From NCBI GenBank assembly GCA_007133565.1, contig SLMM01000036.1, forward strand, positions 1-58,431: 58,431 nt of DNA. The letters are read 5' to 3'. Under the pieces are notes generated by a model that had not been told where the DNA came from, ran no database searches, and saw nothing but the letters and a program-made list of their open reading frames with translations. This stretch comes from Bacteroidales bacterium (GTDB taxonomy: Bacteria; Bacteroidota; Bacteroidia; Bacteroidales; PUMT01). The translations under genes and the position numbers were made by a program. This document shows, one piece after another, positions 48,476 to 58,344 of this stretch (position 1 is its first letter; every line of letters begins with the position of its first letter).

Positions 48476-48928
48476 ATGAGAGCGGTAATCCAGCGGGTAA
48501 AGAAGGCTTCGGTTAAGATAGACTCAAGCATAACATCCTCAATTGGTGAGGGATTACTAATTTTACTTGGAGTGGAGCATGAAGATAAGGAGGCAGATGC
48601 TCTCTGGCTGGCAAAAAAAATCGGGTCACTTCGGATATTTGATGATGACAAGGGTGTTATGAACCTTGACATCAGGCAGTCAGAAGGAGAACTGATGGTT
48701 ATAAGCCAGTTTACCCTTCATGCAAAGACAAAGAAAGGTAACAGGCCTTCATACATTCGTGCCGCGCCGCCTGAAACAGCGGTCCCACTTTATCAGGCGT
48801 TCATAAGCCAGCTTGAATCAGAAACCGGCATTAAAGTCAGAACCGGAGAATTTGGCGCCAGAATGGATGTTAAGCTGGTCAATAGCGGCCCGGTAACCAT
48901 CATAATCGACACAAAAAACAGGGAGTAA
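48476..48928 (+). CDS. dtd: D-aminoacyl-tRNA deacylase
   Basis: 'MRAVIQRV', 'SQFTL', 'KGNRPS', 'GEFGA', 'NSGPVT'. Confidence 0.96.
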   Translation: MRAVIQRVKKASVKIDSSITSSIGEGLLILLGVEHEDKEADALWLAKKIGSLRIFDDDKGVMNLDIRQSEGELMVISQFTLHAKTKKGNRPSYIRAAPPETAVPLYQAFISQLESETGIKVRTGEFGARMDVKLVNSGPVTIIIDTKNRE

Positions 48929-48973
48929 TTCAGTTTGTGCAGCTTGATTGCTACCTTTGCATTTTAAAGTTCA

Positions 48974-50371
48974 ATGGCTGAAATATCCGACACTAGCGGA
49001 TCATTAAAGAGGAAAATACTCCTTGCAGCGGTTGTGTCTGCTTTCCTGAATTCGTTCATGGCTTCGGCTATTAACCTGGCTCTTCCCTCAATCGGCGAGG
49101 AGTTTAGTGCAGATGCCATCTTACTTGGCTGGATAGCAACGGCATACCTTTTGTCAAGTGCAGTATTTCTTGTACCATTTGGCCGGATAGCTGATATCTA
49201 TGGCAGGAGAAAGGTATTTCTCTGGGGCATGGCAATTTTTTCGCTGGCCTCTGCAGGCTCTTCGTTTGCCCCCGGCATCTATACCCTCATCATTATCCGG
49301 GTATTGCAGGGAGTTGGGAGCGCCATGATATTCGCCACCGGAATTGCGATTGTAACCTCTGTCTTCCCCGCGGAGGAGAGGGGAAAGGCATTCGGGCTGA
49401 CAATAGCCGCCGTCTATATCGGCCTCTCTTTCGGGCCTTTTGCAGGTGGCATGCTGACAGATTACCTTGGCTGGAGGAGCGTCTTTCTTTTTACGGCAGT
49501 CGCCGGTATGGCCGGGGTTTTGTTCATTGGTTTCAGGATCAGGGCAGAATGGGCAGAAGCAGCGGGAGAACCGTTCGACCTGCAGGGATCAGTCATATAT
49601 GGCATATCCCTTTTCCTCCTTATTTATGGGTTCAGTAGCCTTCCTTCTGCCCGGGGTTTTGCCTGTCTTGGAACAGGTAGTGCGGGAATTGTTATGTTTT
49701 TGGCCGTGCAACTCAAAACCCGGTATCCGGTTATGCAGCTGAAACTTTTTGTGAACAATCCGGTTTTTGCCTGGTCAAACGCCGCTGCTCTTATTAATTA
49801 CAGCGCCACATTTGCTGTTGCGTTTTTACTAAGCCTGTATTTGCAATACATAAAAGGACTTACAGCAAGTGATGCCGGGTTGGTCCTGGTGTCGCAACCG
49901 GTGGTTATGGCTGTTGTTTCTCCGCTTGCCGGGCGTTTATCAGACCGTATCGAGCCCAGGATACTTGCAACTGCAGGAATGGCTGTTACGACTGCCGGGC
50001 TCTTCTTTCTCAGCTTTGCGGCTGTCATGAGCATTACCACGATAATAATCACCCTTGTTCTTCTCGGAACAGGTTTCGGGCTTTTCTCCTCTCCGAACAG
50101 CAATGCTATTATGAGTGCGGTAACCCCGAAATACTACGGGATAGCATCCGGTACGATGGGTACGATGAGACTTTTAGGACAGATGTTCTCTATGGGTGTT
50201 GTTATGCTTATCTTAGCTCTCTATATCGGCCGTGAACCGGTTACCGAACAGAACTCCGATGTTTTCCTTGAAAGTTTAAGGGTTGCATTCTGGCTATTCT
50301 CGGCTCTTTGCTTTTTGGGTATATTTGCCTCTTATGCAAGAGGTGATATGCGTACATATAAATCAAAATAA
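48974..50371 (+). CDS. MFS transporter, DHA2 (EmrB/QacA-like, 14 TMS)
   Basis: 'GRIADIYGRRK', 'RVLQGVG', 'ERGKAFG', 'GPFAGG', 'GRLSDR'; TACCTTTG element at 48952-48959. Confidence 0.92.
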   Translation: MAEISDTSGSLKRKILLAAVVSAFLNSFMASAINLALPSIGEEFSADAILLGWIATAYLLSSAVFLVPFGRIADIYGRRKVFLWGMAIFSLASAGSSFAPGIYTLIIIRVLQGVGSAMIFATGIAIVTSVFPAEERGKAFGLTIAAVYIGLSFGPFAGGMLTDYLGWRSVFLFTAVAGMAGVLFIGFRIRAEWAEAAGEPFDLQGSVIYGISLFLLIYGFSSLPSARGFACLGTGSAGIVMFLAVQLKTRYPVMQLKLFVNNPVFAWSNAAALINYSATFAVAFLLSLYLQYIKGLTASDAGLVLVSQPVVMAVVSPLAGRLSDRIEPRILATAGMAVTTAGLFFLSFAAVMSITTIIITLVLLGTGFGLFSSPNSNAIMSAVTPKYYGIASGTMGTMRLLGQMFSMGVVMLILALYIGREPVTEQNSDVFLESLRVAFWLFSALCFLGIFASYARGDMRTYKSK

Positions 50372-50382
50372 CAGCACAATAT

Positions 50383-51270
50383 ATGCAAAATATATTTGAA
50401 CAATACAGGATCGAACCCGTTCCAGGTCAAATCGACAAAGAAATAGAAGACATTCAAAAAGCCTATGAACAGAATGTTAGTATAAAATACCTGAAGAAAA
50501 TATTCAGCATGATCGATTTGACCAGTCTGAATACACAGGACAACGAAACAGATATTGTCAGGCTGTGTACGAAGGTTAATGAGTTCAGTGATCAGTTTGA
50601 AGAGATGCCTCAGGTAGCAGCTATCTGTGTCTGGCCTTCTCTGGTTGCAGTTGCCCGGCAAAATCTTGTTGCCGGGGACATCAGGATAGCTTCCGTTGCC
50701 GGAGGATTCCCCTCATCCCAGACCTTCGTCGGGATCAAGAAGAGGGAGGCTGCTATGGCAGTTGAAGCAGGAGCCGATGAAATTGATATCGTTATGCCGG
50801 TCGGCAGGTTTTTTGAAGGCGACTATATTGGTGTTGCCGGCGAAATTAAGGAGATGAAACTTGCTGTACGCCCTGCTCACCTTAAAGTAATACTTGAAAC
50901 AGGACTTATTGAAAACGAAACTGATATAAGAAATGCCAGTCTTCTTGCAATGCATGCCGGAGCTGATTTTATAAAAACTTCAACAGGTAAACTTACTCCG
51001 GCAGCCACTTTTTCGGCCGTTTATGTTATGGCATTGGCGGTGCGTGATTTCTATCGCCGGACAGGCAGAAAGGTCGGAATTAAGCCGGCAGGCGGAATAG
51101 TAAGTCCCCGTGACGCTGTTACATACGCCCTGATTGTCGAAAAGGTACTTGGCCAGGAATGGGTTACGCCCGTGCTATTCAGGATTGGAGCTAGCAGGCT
51201 TGCAAATAACATATTATCTGTTTTGAGTAAACCGGAATCTGGAAAAAGCGATGAGATAAACTGGTTTTGA
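50383..51270 (+). CDS. deoC: Deoxyribose-phosphate aldolase
   Basis: 'IDLTSL', 'AICVWP', 'GADEIDIV', 'LKVILETG', 'ADFIKTSTGK', 'KPAGG', 'RIGAS'. Confidence 0.96.
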   Translation: MQNIFEQYRIEPVPGQIDKEIEDIQKAYEQNVSIKYLKKIFSMIDLTSLNTQDNETDIVRLCTKVNEFSDQFEEMPQVAAICVWPSLVAVARQNLVAGDIRIASVAGGFPSSQTFVGIKKREAAMAVEAGADEIDIVMPVGRFFEGDYIGVAGEIKEMKLAVRPAHLKVILETGLIENETDIRNASLLAMHAGADFIKTSTGKLTPAATFSAVYVMALAVRDFYRRTGRKVGIKPAGGIVSPRDAVTYALIVEKVLGQEWVTPVLFRIGASRLANNILSVLSKPESGKSDEINWF

Positions 51271-51420
51271 ATTTAGGTTGATTCAAGTACCTGGTTAATA
51301 TTTAAACATTTACATTCTTTGCATATCCTAAACAGGTTATCATGCAATAAATTAGAAGGTCATTGTTATTTGGTTCCTTTTTAATAATTTTGCGGCTGAA
51401 TACCCTGATGTTATTTCGCG

Positions 51421-52701
51421 ATGGATACCGAAGGTATAGAAGATCAGCCGCTGATTTCTGCTGTTTTGCGATACAACAATTTGCCTGGGCTGCAGCGGGA
51501 TACGCTTTCCGTTCCGGTTTCGCAAATTGACACCCTTCAGGTCCCGCAGGCTGACACCCTCCATGTTTCGCAGGCTGACACCCTCCAGGTTTCGCAGGCT
51601 GACACCCTTCAGGTCCCGCAGGCTGACACCCTTCAGGTTTCGCAAATTGACACTCTCCAGGTCCCGCAGGCTGACACCCTTCAGATAGCCCAGCCCGGAA
51701 CAACGGTTACGCAGCATGCCGATTCAGTTGTATCTTACCAGGTTGCTGTGTCACCTGATACAGTTGCTGAGGAACTGGTATCTCTGCCCGGCCCTGCTGA
51801 TGCAGCTGCTGCACCTGTGGAAACAGAAACCCCGACGACAAGGTTCGATATGGCGAGGTACATCGAAAATATGCAGGTTGATCAGCTGGAGCAGAGGGGG
51901 CTGTTTGGCAATCACATACCGGCAAAGGAAGAAGGCCTGAAAAAGCCTGTATTTGCTGAAGGTGTAGAGAGTGATGCGCTCCAGGGTGCCGGGCAGTCAT
52001 ACATACTTTACCTTGAAGGGGGGGCAAAGGACCAGGGAAACAACATGCATCTCCACGGCACCTCCTGGATACCCGCAATCGTGATTCTCTCTTTTCTTCT
52101 GCTTACATGGATTAAGCTGATATACGTACAATTTATCACCCCGGTACTTGTTTCAGCATTCAGCCTCAAGGAAGCTGACAGGTTTTATAATGCCAAAAGT
52201 ACAGCCACCCAGAATGCATTCCTTGTTCTGCAGGCTATCTTTGCGATCAACGGCGGCATATTTCTGCTCTTTGTTGCCGATCACTTTGGCTTTGTATTGC
52301 CGGCCGCACATCCTACCCTGCTGTTTCTGGCAGCGGCTCTGTTGATCCTGCTTGTATTTGGAACCAGGTCGGCAGTAATCAGGGTTGTCGCATTTTTATT
52401 TGACAAGTCTGCTCTGTTTGACCGGTATCTACACAGTGTTTCACTTTACAACAGAATTTACGGAATACTTCTTTTGCCGGTAATTTTGGGCCTGCTTTAT
52501 GCTGGCGAAGTTGTATATGAGCCACTTTTGTATACCGGGGTTATAATGGCAGGGGTGTTCTATATGCTTCAACTTGTGCGGGGACTGGAAATTGCGTCGA
52601 AAAAAAAGTTTTCTGTTTTCTATATGTTTTTGTATTTTTGTGCACTCGAATTTATACCTGTTATTGTTCTTTTCAAGCTGATAAACGTATTGCTGATTTA
52701 A
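51421..52701 (+). CDS. DUF4271-type membrane protein with repeat-expanded N-terminus
   Basis: C-terminal multi-TM domain ending 'YMFLYFCALEFIP'; directly upstream of hemD; TAATTTTG element at 51385-51392. Confidence 0.8.
   Translation: MDTEGIEDQPLISAVLRYNNLPGLQRDTLSVPVSQIDTLQVPQADTLHVSQADTLQVSQADTLQVPQADTLQVSQIDTLQVPQADTLQIAQPGTTVTQHADSVVSYQVAVSPDTVAEELVSLPGPADAAAAPVETETPTTRFDMARYIENMQVDQLEQRGLFGNHIPAKEEGLKKPVFAEGVESDALQGAGQSYILYLEGGAKDQGNNMHLHGTSWIPAIVILSFLLLTWIKLIYVQFITPVLVSAFSLKEADRFYNAKSTATQNAFLVLQAIFAINGGIFLLFVADHFGFVLPAAHPTLLFLAAALLILLVFGTRSAVIRVVAFLFDKSALFDRYLHSVSLYNRIYGILLLPVILGLLYAGEVVYEPLLYTGVIMAGVFYMLQLVRGLEIASKKKFSVFYMFLYFCALEFIPVIVLFKLINVLLI
51517..51684. repeat. 7 x 24-bp in-frame tandem repeat encoding V(S/P)Q(A/I)DTL(Q/H)
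   Basis: Units at 51517, 51541, 51565, 51589, 51613, 51637 and 51661; consensus GTYYCGCARRYTGACACYCTYCAK. Confidence 0.97.
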
Positions 52702-52738
52702 CCGAAAGGGTTTAACTGTATTCATCTCATAAAACCAT

Positions 52739-53506
52739 ATGGCGACTAAAATAAAGAAGATATTGGTTTCTCAGCCAAAACCCCAGAACGACAAGTCTCC
52801 TTACCTGGAGATGGCAGAAAGAAACAACCTGAAGATTGAGTTCCGTCCTTTTATCAAAATTGAAGGACTATCTGCAAAGCAGTTCCGGCAGAACCGGATA
52901 GACCTGCTTGAACATACGGCCGTCATTTTTACCAGCCGCACTGCAATAGATCACTATTTCAGGATTGCCGAGGAACTTCGTGTGGTCATACCCGATAGCA
53001 TGAAGTATTTCTGTCTTTCTGAATCAATAGCCCTGTATCTTCAGAAATACATTGTATACCGCAAGCGCAAGATATTTTACGGGCAAAATATTTTCAAAGA
53101 TCTTGTTGAGCAGGAGATAAACAGGCATTCAGATGAGAAGTTCCTCGTCCCGATGTCTGACCAGCACAAGCCTGAAATACCGAGGATACTTGACAAAAAC
53201 AAAATCATATACACAAAAGCTATCCTTTACAGGACCGTCAGCAGCGACCTTTCTGACTTGCGGGATGTCAACTACGATGTGCTGGTATTCTACAGTCCAT
53301 CTGGTATTAGATCCCTTTTCCACAATTTTCCTGAATTTGAACAAAACAATACAAAAATTGCCTGTTTTGGCCCGCATACAGCAAGAGCTGTGAAAAAGGC
53401 GGGCCTTCGCCTCGATATAGAGGCGCCTACCAGGGAGGCCCCCTCCATGACCATGGCCCTTGAAAACTATATAAAGGAGTATAACAGGAACGGATGTATT
53501 AAGTAG
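52739..53506 (+). CDS. hemD: Uroporphyrinogen-III synthase family protein
   Basis: Bacteroidota-type 'KILVSQPKP', 'IFTSRTAIDH', 'LVFYSPSGI', 'FGPHTA'. Confidence 0.85.
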   Translation: MATKIKKILVSQPKPQNDKSPYLEMAERNNLKIEFRPFIKIEGLSAKQFRQNRIDLLEHTAVIFTSRTAIDHYFRIAEELRVVIPDSMKYFCLSESIALYLQKYIVYRKRKIFYGQNIFKDLVEQEINRHSDEKFLVPMSDQHKPEIPRILDKNKIIYTKAILYRTVSSDLSDLRDVNYDVLVFYSPSGIRSLFHNFPEFEQNNTKIACFGPHTARAVKKAGLRLDIEAPTREAPSMTMALENYIKEYNRNGCIK

Positions 53507-53544
53507 CTGTTATTATTGTATTTACGGGCGATTGCCTTTTATGG

Positions 53545-53940
53545 ATGAGCCTTTTGACCGAAAAATTCACAAAATCGGAGCGGCTTTGCAGCAGGAAAGC
53601 AATAGGGCGTCTTTTTGAGGATGGCCACGAGGTTTTTCTTTACCCATTCAGGTTGCTTTGGAACTATGCTGAGAACGATAATTGTTCCCAGGTAAGGGTT
53701 ATGATAGCGGTACCGCGAAAAAAAATCAGAAAAGCTGTTCACCGCAACCGCGTAAAACGGCTGATAAGGGAGGCCTACAGGCGGAACAAGCATATTTTAT
53801 ATGAAAACCACCGTTTTTCCGACAGGAATATTGAAATGGTTATTATCTATGTTTCAGGCAGTATCCATAATTACGATCATATTAATCTGAGGCTCGTTGA
53901 ACTCTTGAAAAGACTGATTTCTGCCGATGAGATTAGTTAG
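53545..53940 (+). CDS. rnpA: Ribonuclease P protein component
   Basis: 'FTKSERL' and RNR motif '[17 protein letters not shown]'. Confidence 0.95.
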   Translation: MSLLTEKFTKSERLCSRKAIGRLFEDGHEVFLYPFRLLWNYAENDNCSQVRVMIAVPRKKIRKAVHRNRVKRLIREAYRRNKHILYENHRFSDRNIEMVIIYVSGSIHNYDHINLRLVELLKRLISADEIS

Positions 53941-54157
53941 ATTGTTTTTTATATACCTGTTCATACTGCTGGTAAGGTTTTACCAGTATGTCATATCGCC
54001 TCTGACTTTGGCATCATGCAGGTATTCCCCCACATGCTCTGCTTATGCGATAGAGGCACTCAAGAAACACGGGCCACTTAAGGGCGGCTGGTTAGCCCTC
54101 AGGAGGATTACAAGGTGTAATCCATGGGGCGGTCACGGACATGATCCTGTACCCTGA
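53927..54157 (+). CDS. yidD: Membrane protein insertion efficiency factor
   Basis: 'YQYVISP', '[10 protein letters not shown]', '[14 protein letters not shown]'. Confidence 0.96.
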   Translation: MRLVRLFFIYLFILLVRFYQYVISPLTLASCRYSPTCSAYAIEALKKHGPLKGGWLALRRITRCNPWGGHGHDPVP

Positions 54158-54272
54158 ACATGCACCCATTGCTGTGGCAGGCAAAGAAAAATAACCTGGA
54201 AACTGGTCATGCGAATCCATTTATTTCTTACTTTTACTTATCCTGAAATATCAACCGATAAAGATTCTTGCC

Positions 54273-54791
54273 ATGGACGACCTGGTTATCAGCCTTGATG
54301 AATATAATAAACTCTCAAGAAGCGGGAGGGTGTTCAATGTATTACTTGCCACATTCCTCATAATTTTATCAACGATTACGGTTGCAAAAAGGATTTCCGA
54401 CGGCCGGAATTTTGGCGATTATCTTTTCTGGATACTTGTTCTGCTGGCCGGTATAAATATAATCCTTTACACTTATGGCTTTTTTTACCGGTTGAGCCGT
54501 CGCTTCGTTATTATTGACAGGAACGGGGTGGAATATAAACTGTCACGTTACTACCCTTCAAGGATATACAAGTGGGAAGAGCTAAAGAAGGTTGAGATAA
54601 AGACACTGATAGTGATCTTTCATTCTACCGGCGGCTCCAGTTCCAGGATGAAGCTCGGTGAGATATTCTACAGCGACATAAAAAAACTGAAGCAAAAGCT
54701 TGCTGCAGAATGCACGGAAAAAGGAATTGAATGGTCGGATACCACTGTCGAGGGTGTGCCCGAGGGCAGGTCAGCCCCCGAGGCACCTTAG
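54273..54791 (+). CDS. Hypothetical two-TM membrane protein, possible bacterial PH-like C-terminal domain
   Basis: Two hydrophobic helices followed by 'FVIIDRNGVEY...IYKWEELKKVEI'. Confidence 0.65.
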   Translation: MDDLVISLDEYNKLSRSGRVFNVLLATFLIILSTITVAKRISDGRNFGDYLFWILVLLAGINIILYTYGFFYRLSRRFVIIDRNGVEYKLSRYYPSRIYKWEELKKVEIKTLIVIFHSTGGSSSRMKLGEIFYSDIKKLKQKLAAECTEKGIEWSDTTVEGVPEGRSAPEAP

Positions 54792-54818
54792 ACCTGCTCT
54801 GAAAAATAGTAACTGACA

Positions 54819-54852
54819 TTTGCCGGTTTTCCATACCTTAATGTTAATTTTG
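54819..54852 (+). promoter_or_regulatory. Bacteroidota promoter (TTTG ... TAATTTTG) for queD-polA
   Basis: TTTG 54819-54822 and TAATTTTG 54845-54852, 22-nt spacing. Confidence 0.55.
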
Positions 54853-54870
54853 CAATAAAACATTGCAAAT

Positions 54871-55320
54871 ATGGCCAGAATCAGGGTAACGAAGCAGTTT
54901 GATTTTGAGATGGCCCATGCGCTGTGGAATTATGATGGTCCGTGCAGAAATCTGCATGGGCATTCATACAGGCTATATGTAACAGTTACGGGTCATCCAG
55001 TGAAGGACGAAAACGATCCCAAACACGGGATGGTTATAGATTTCGGCGATTTAAGGAAGATAGTGGCCGAAACCGTGGTTGTTGAATTCGACCATGCTGT
55101 TTTGATAAGCAGAGATGTGCCCAAAGAGAATTATGCAAAAATGGGGGTAATGTTTGAAAAACTGAGAGTGGTTGACTACCAGCCTACATGTGAGAACATG
55201 ATAGTCGATTTTGCAAAGCGCATAAAAAACAGACTGCCGGCAGGCGTTGAGCTCTATTCCCTTCGTCTCCAGGAAACAGCTACATCTTTTACCGAGTGGT
55301 TTGCTTCTGATAACCAATGA
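54871..55320 (+). CDS. queD: 6-carboxy-5,6,7,8-tetrahydropterin synthase
   Basis: 'FEMAH', 'CRNLHGHSY', 'GMVIDF', 'DH', 'PTCEN', 'ET'. Confidence 0.93.
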   Translation: MARIRVTKQFDFEMAHALWNYDGPCRNLHGHSYRLYVTVTGHPVKDENDPKHGMVIDFGDLRKIVAETVVVEFDHAVLISRDVPKENYAKMGVMFEKLRVVDYQPTCENMIVDFAKRIKNRLPAGVELYSLRLQETATSFTEWFASDNQ

Positions 55321-55388
55321 ACACCGGCCACGGCCGGGCGCTCCGGAAACCGGACCGGTTAATATCCGGCAATGCCAAAAAATACAAA

Positions 55389-58175
55389 ATGCCAGAAGAT
55401 AAAAAGCTTTTTTTACTTGATGCCTACGCGCTCATTTACCGTTCATATTATGCCTTTATAAAGAACCCCCGTTTTAACTCAAAGGGGCTCAACACATCAG
55501 CCATATTCGGATTTCTGAATACACTCGATGAGGTTTTAAAAAATCAAAAACCAAGCCACATTGCTGTGGTTTTCGACCCCCCTTCACCCACTTTCAGGCA
55601 TGATATGTTTCCTGATTACAAGGCCAACAGAGATGAGACACCTGAAGATATCAAAAAGGCTGTGCCCTGGATAAGAAAGCTCCTTGAGGCATACAACATA
55701 CCTGTTATCGAAGCCGAAGGGTATGAAGCTGACGATGTCATAGGAACACTTGCAAAAAAGGCCGAGAAAAAAGGCTTCACCACTTATATGATGACACCCG
55801 ATAAGGATTTCTGTCAGCTTGTTTCGGAAAAAATTTATCTCTACAAACCCAAGCGGTCAGGAAACGATGCAGAGATATGGGGCCCCCGGGAGGTTATGCG
55901 CCATTATGATATAGACGACCCTTTACAGGTTATTGATATACTTGCATTGATGGGGGATACTTCGGACAACATACCCGGGGTGCCCGGAATTGGTGAAAAA
56001 ACTGCGAAGAAGATAATATCCGGTTACAAGTCAGTCGACCGTGTCCTGGCAAGCATAGATGAATTCAAGGGAAAACAAAGGGAGAACATTGAAGCGTCTG
56101 CCGATTCACTAAAACTATCACGCGAACTTGTAACCATAATGCTGGATGCACCCGTTGAACTCGATGAGAAGGTGCTTGAATCAAGGCAGCCCGACCCTGA
56201 AAAGCTGAAAAACCTGTTTTCCGAACTTGAGTTCCGGACTGCAGGTGAGAGGATCCTTTCGGGCATAAGCCGTCAGAAAACGACCGGTGATCCCGTGCAG
56301 GGATCACTTTTCGGCACTGAGGATAATAATACGGGTGCTGAAGAAAAAGGAGACGCCCGGCTCAGGAATATTGAGACGGTCGATCACCGTTATCACCTGG
56401 TGAATGATCGTCAGGAAAGGAAAAATATGATAAAAATGCTGTCTGGTGCAAAGGAATTCTGTTTCGATACCGAAACTGACTCACTCGATCCGCATGACAG
56501 CGGGCTGGTTGGCATCTCCTTTTGCTGCAAGGCACATGAGGCCTGGTATGTACCCGTGCCTGAAAAAAAAGATGATGCTGAGGCCCTTCTTGAAGAGTTC
56601 AGGGAGCTGTTTGAAGATGAAATGATAGCAAAGGTGGGACAGAATATTAAGTTCGACATTCTGGTCCTTTCCAGGTCCGGGATTAAGGTCAAAGGCAGAC
56701 TCTTTGACACAATGCTTGCCCACTACCTGCTGGAGCCCGGACTGCGTCACAACATGAATTACCTTGCCGGGGTATATCTGGATTATGCCCCCGTATCAAT
56801 AGAGGAGCTGATAGGTAAAAAGGGCAGGGGGCAGGGAAGCATGCGTGATGTTGAGATTGAAAAAATAAAGGAGTATGCGGCCGAAGATGCCGACATTACG
56901 TGGCAATTGAAAGAGATACTTGAAAAGGAGCTTGAAAAGGAGGGGATGGACAGGCTTGCCGCCGAAATGGAAATGCCCCTTTCAGCCGTGCTGGCTTCGA
57001 TGGAAGAGGCGGGTGTAGCGCTGGATACAGGATCGCTCGGGTCAATTTCAGGAAAATTATCGGAAGATCTGCAGCAGATAGAAAATGAGGTTTACAAGCT
57101 TGCAGGCACAGAATTCAACCTGGCATCACCGAAACAGCTTGGCGAGATCCTGTTCGAGAGGATGAAGATTGTCGACAACGCCAAACGTACAAAAACAAAA
57201 CAGTTTTCCACCAACGAAGAGGTGCTCGACAAGATAAAAGACAAGCACCCGATAATTCCCAAAATACTTGAGCACAGAGGGCTCAAAAAGCTGTTGTCAA
57301 CATATGTCGATGCCCTTCCCAAGCTCGTAAACAAGCGTACGGGCCGGATACATACATCATTCAATCAGGCAATCACCTCTACCGGGCGGTTGAGTTCAAC
57401 CAACCCGAATCTTCAGAATATTCCTATACGCGAGGAAAGGGGAAGGGAGATCCGGAAAGCATTTATCCCGCGTAACGATGATCATGTGTTGCTGGCGGCT
57501 GATTATTCGCAGATAGAGTTAAGGCTGATGGCCCATATGAGCGGTGACAAGGGGATGATAGAGGCTTTCGCTAATGACGAGGATATACATGCTGCAACGG
57601 CAGCAAAAATTTTTTCGGTAGGCAGGGATGAGGTGACAAGGGAGATGCGTGCAAGGGCAAAAACGGCCAATTTCGGCATCATATACGGCATTTCCGCTTT
57701 CGGGCTGTCGCAGAGGCTCAGCATACCCAGAGGGGAGGCAAAAGAGCTTATAGACGGTTATTTCAACACATATCCCGCCGTAAAGGAGTACATGGATAAA
57801 AGTATAAGGGATGCACGCGACAAAGGCTATGTTGTAACCATTAAAGGCAGGCGCAGGCAGCTTCCCGACATCAATTCAAGGAACTCGCTTGTTCGCGGAA
57901 ATGCCGAGAGGAATGCAATTAACGCCCCCATCCAGGGTTCGGCCGCCGATATCATCAAGCTTGCCATGGTAAGGATCCATGAGGAAATTGAGAAGCGGAA
58001 ACTTAAGACAAAGATGGTACTGCAGGTACACGACGAACTGGTTTTTGACGTTTTCAAGCCTGAGCTTGAAGAGGTGCGCGGACTGGTGGTTGATGCCATG
58101 CAGTCGGTCGTCAGCCTTTCGGTCCCCCTTACCGTCGACACCGGTACCGGCTCAAACTGGCTCGAGGCACACTGA
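55389..58175 (+). CDS. polA: DNA polymerase I
   Basis: 5'-3' exonuclease 'LLDAY...EADD...DKD...GDTSDN'; 3'-5' exonuclease 'FDTET'; polymerase motifs 'ADYSQIELR', 'KTANFGIIYG', 'QVHDEL'; start 55389 likely (55317 possible). Confidence 0.98.
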   Translation: MPEDKKLFLLDAYALIYRSYYAFIKNPRFNSKGLNTSAIFGFLNTLDEVLKNQKPSHIAVVFDPPSPTFRHDMFPDYKANRDETPEDIKKAVPWIRKLLEAYNIPVIEAEGYEADDVIGTLAKKAEKKGFTTYMMTPDKDFCQLVSEKIYLYKPKRSGNDAEIWGPREVMRHYDIDDPLQVIDILALMGDTSDNIPGVPGIGEKTAKKIISGYKSVDRVLASIDEFKGKQRENIEASADSLKLSRELVTIMLDAPVELDEKVLESRQPDPEKLKNLFSELEFRTAGERILSGISRQKTTGDPVQGSLFGTEDNNTGAEEKGDARLRNIETVDHRYHLVNDRQERKNMIKMLSGAKEFCFDTETDSLDPHDSGLVGISFCCKAHEAWYVPVPEKKDDAEALLEEFRELFEDEMIAKVGQNIKFDILVLSRSGIKVKGRLFDTMLAHYLLEPGLRHNMNYLAGVYLDYAPVSIEELIGKKGRGQGSMRDVEIEKIKEYAAEDADITWQLKEILEKELEKEGMDRLAAEMEMPLSAVLASMEEAGVALDTGSLGSISGKLSEDLQQIENEVYKLAGTEFNLASPKQLGEILFERMKIVDNAKRTKTKQFSTNEEVLDKIKDKHPIIPKILEHRGLKKLLSTYVDALPKLVNKRTGRIHTSFNQAITSTGRLSSTNPNLQNIPIREERGREIRKAFIPRNDDHVLLAADYSQIELRLMAHMSGDKGMIEAFANDEDIHAATAAKIFSVGRDEVTREMRARAKTANFGIIYGISAFGLSQRLSIPRGEAKELIDGYFNTYPAVKEYMDKSIRDARDKGYVVTIKGRRRQLPDINSRNSLVRGNAERNAINAPIQGSAADIIKLAMVRIHEEIEKRKLKTKMVLQVHDELVFDVFKPELEEVRGLVVDAMQSVVSLSVPLTVDTGTGSNWLEAH

Positions 58176-58344
58176 CAGTGCGCCCTGTCCACTGCTCCAC
58201 CTGTCACGCGGCCCGATGGCAGTCCGCCCGACACACAGGCCGCCGTTCAGTCTTTCAGCCGTCACCTCAACCGCCACCATACCGTCTGATCCAAACGTCA
58301 TTGGGGCCGCAAGCGCTCCTGCCGTTGCCGCCCTGCCTCTCCGT

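Noticed and set aside
51408-51530. Alternative upstream ATG frame (MLFRDGYRR...) as a frameshifted signal peptide for the DUF4271 gene
   Set aside because: No convincing hydrophobic core or slippery site; cannot be supported without reads
51517-51684. Possible CRISPR array (also 39354-39407)
   Set aside because: Head-to-tail repeats with no spacers and no cas genes
51302-51717. Minus-strand repeat ORFs (EGCQPAGP / GVSLRDLK) resembling Cys-repeat or LRR peptides
   Set aside because: By-products of the stop-free 24-bp repeat; the plus frame continues into the DUF4271 domain
53545-54157. rnpA-yidD without rpmH or yidC
   Set aside because: As I recall, this is the normal arrangement in Bacteroidota
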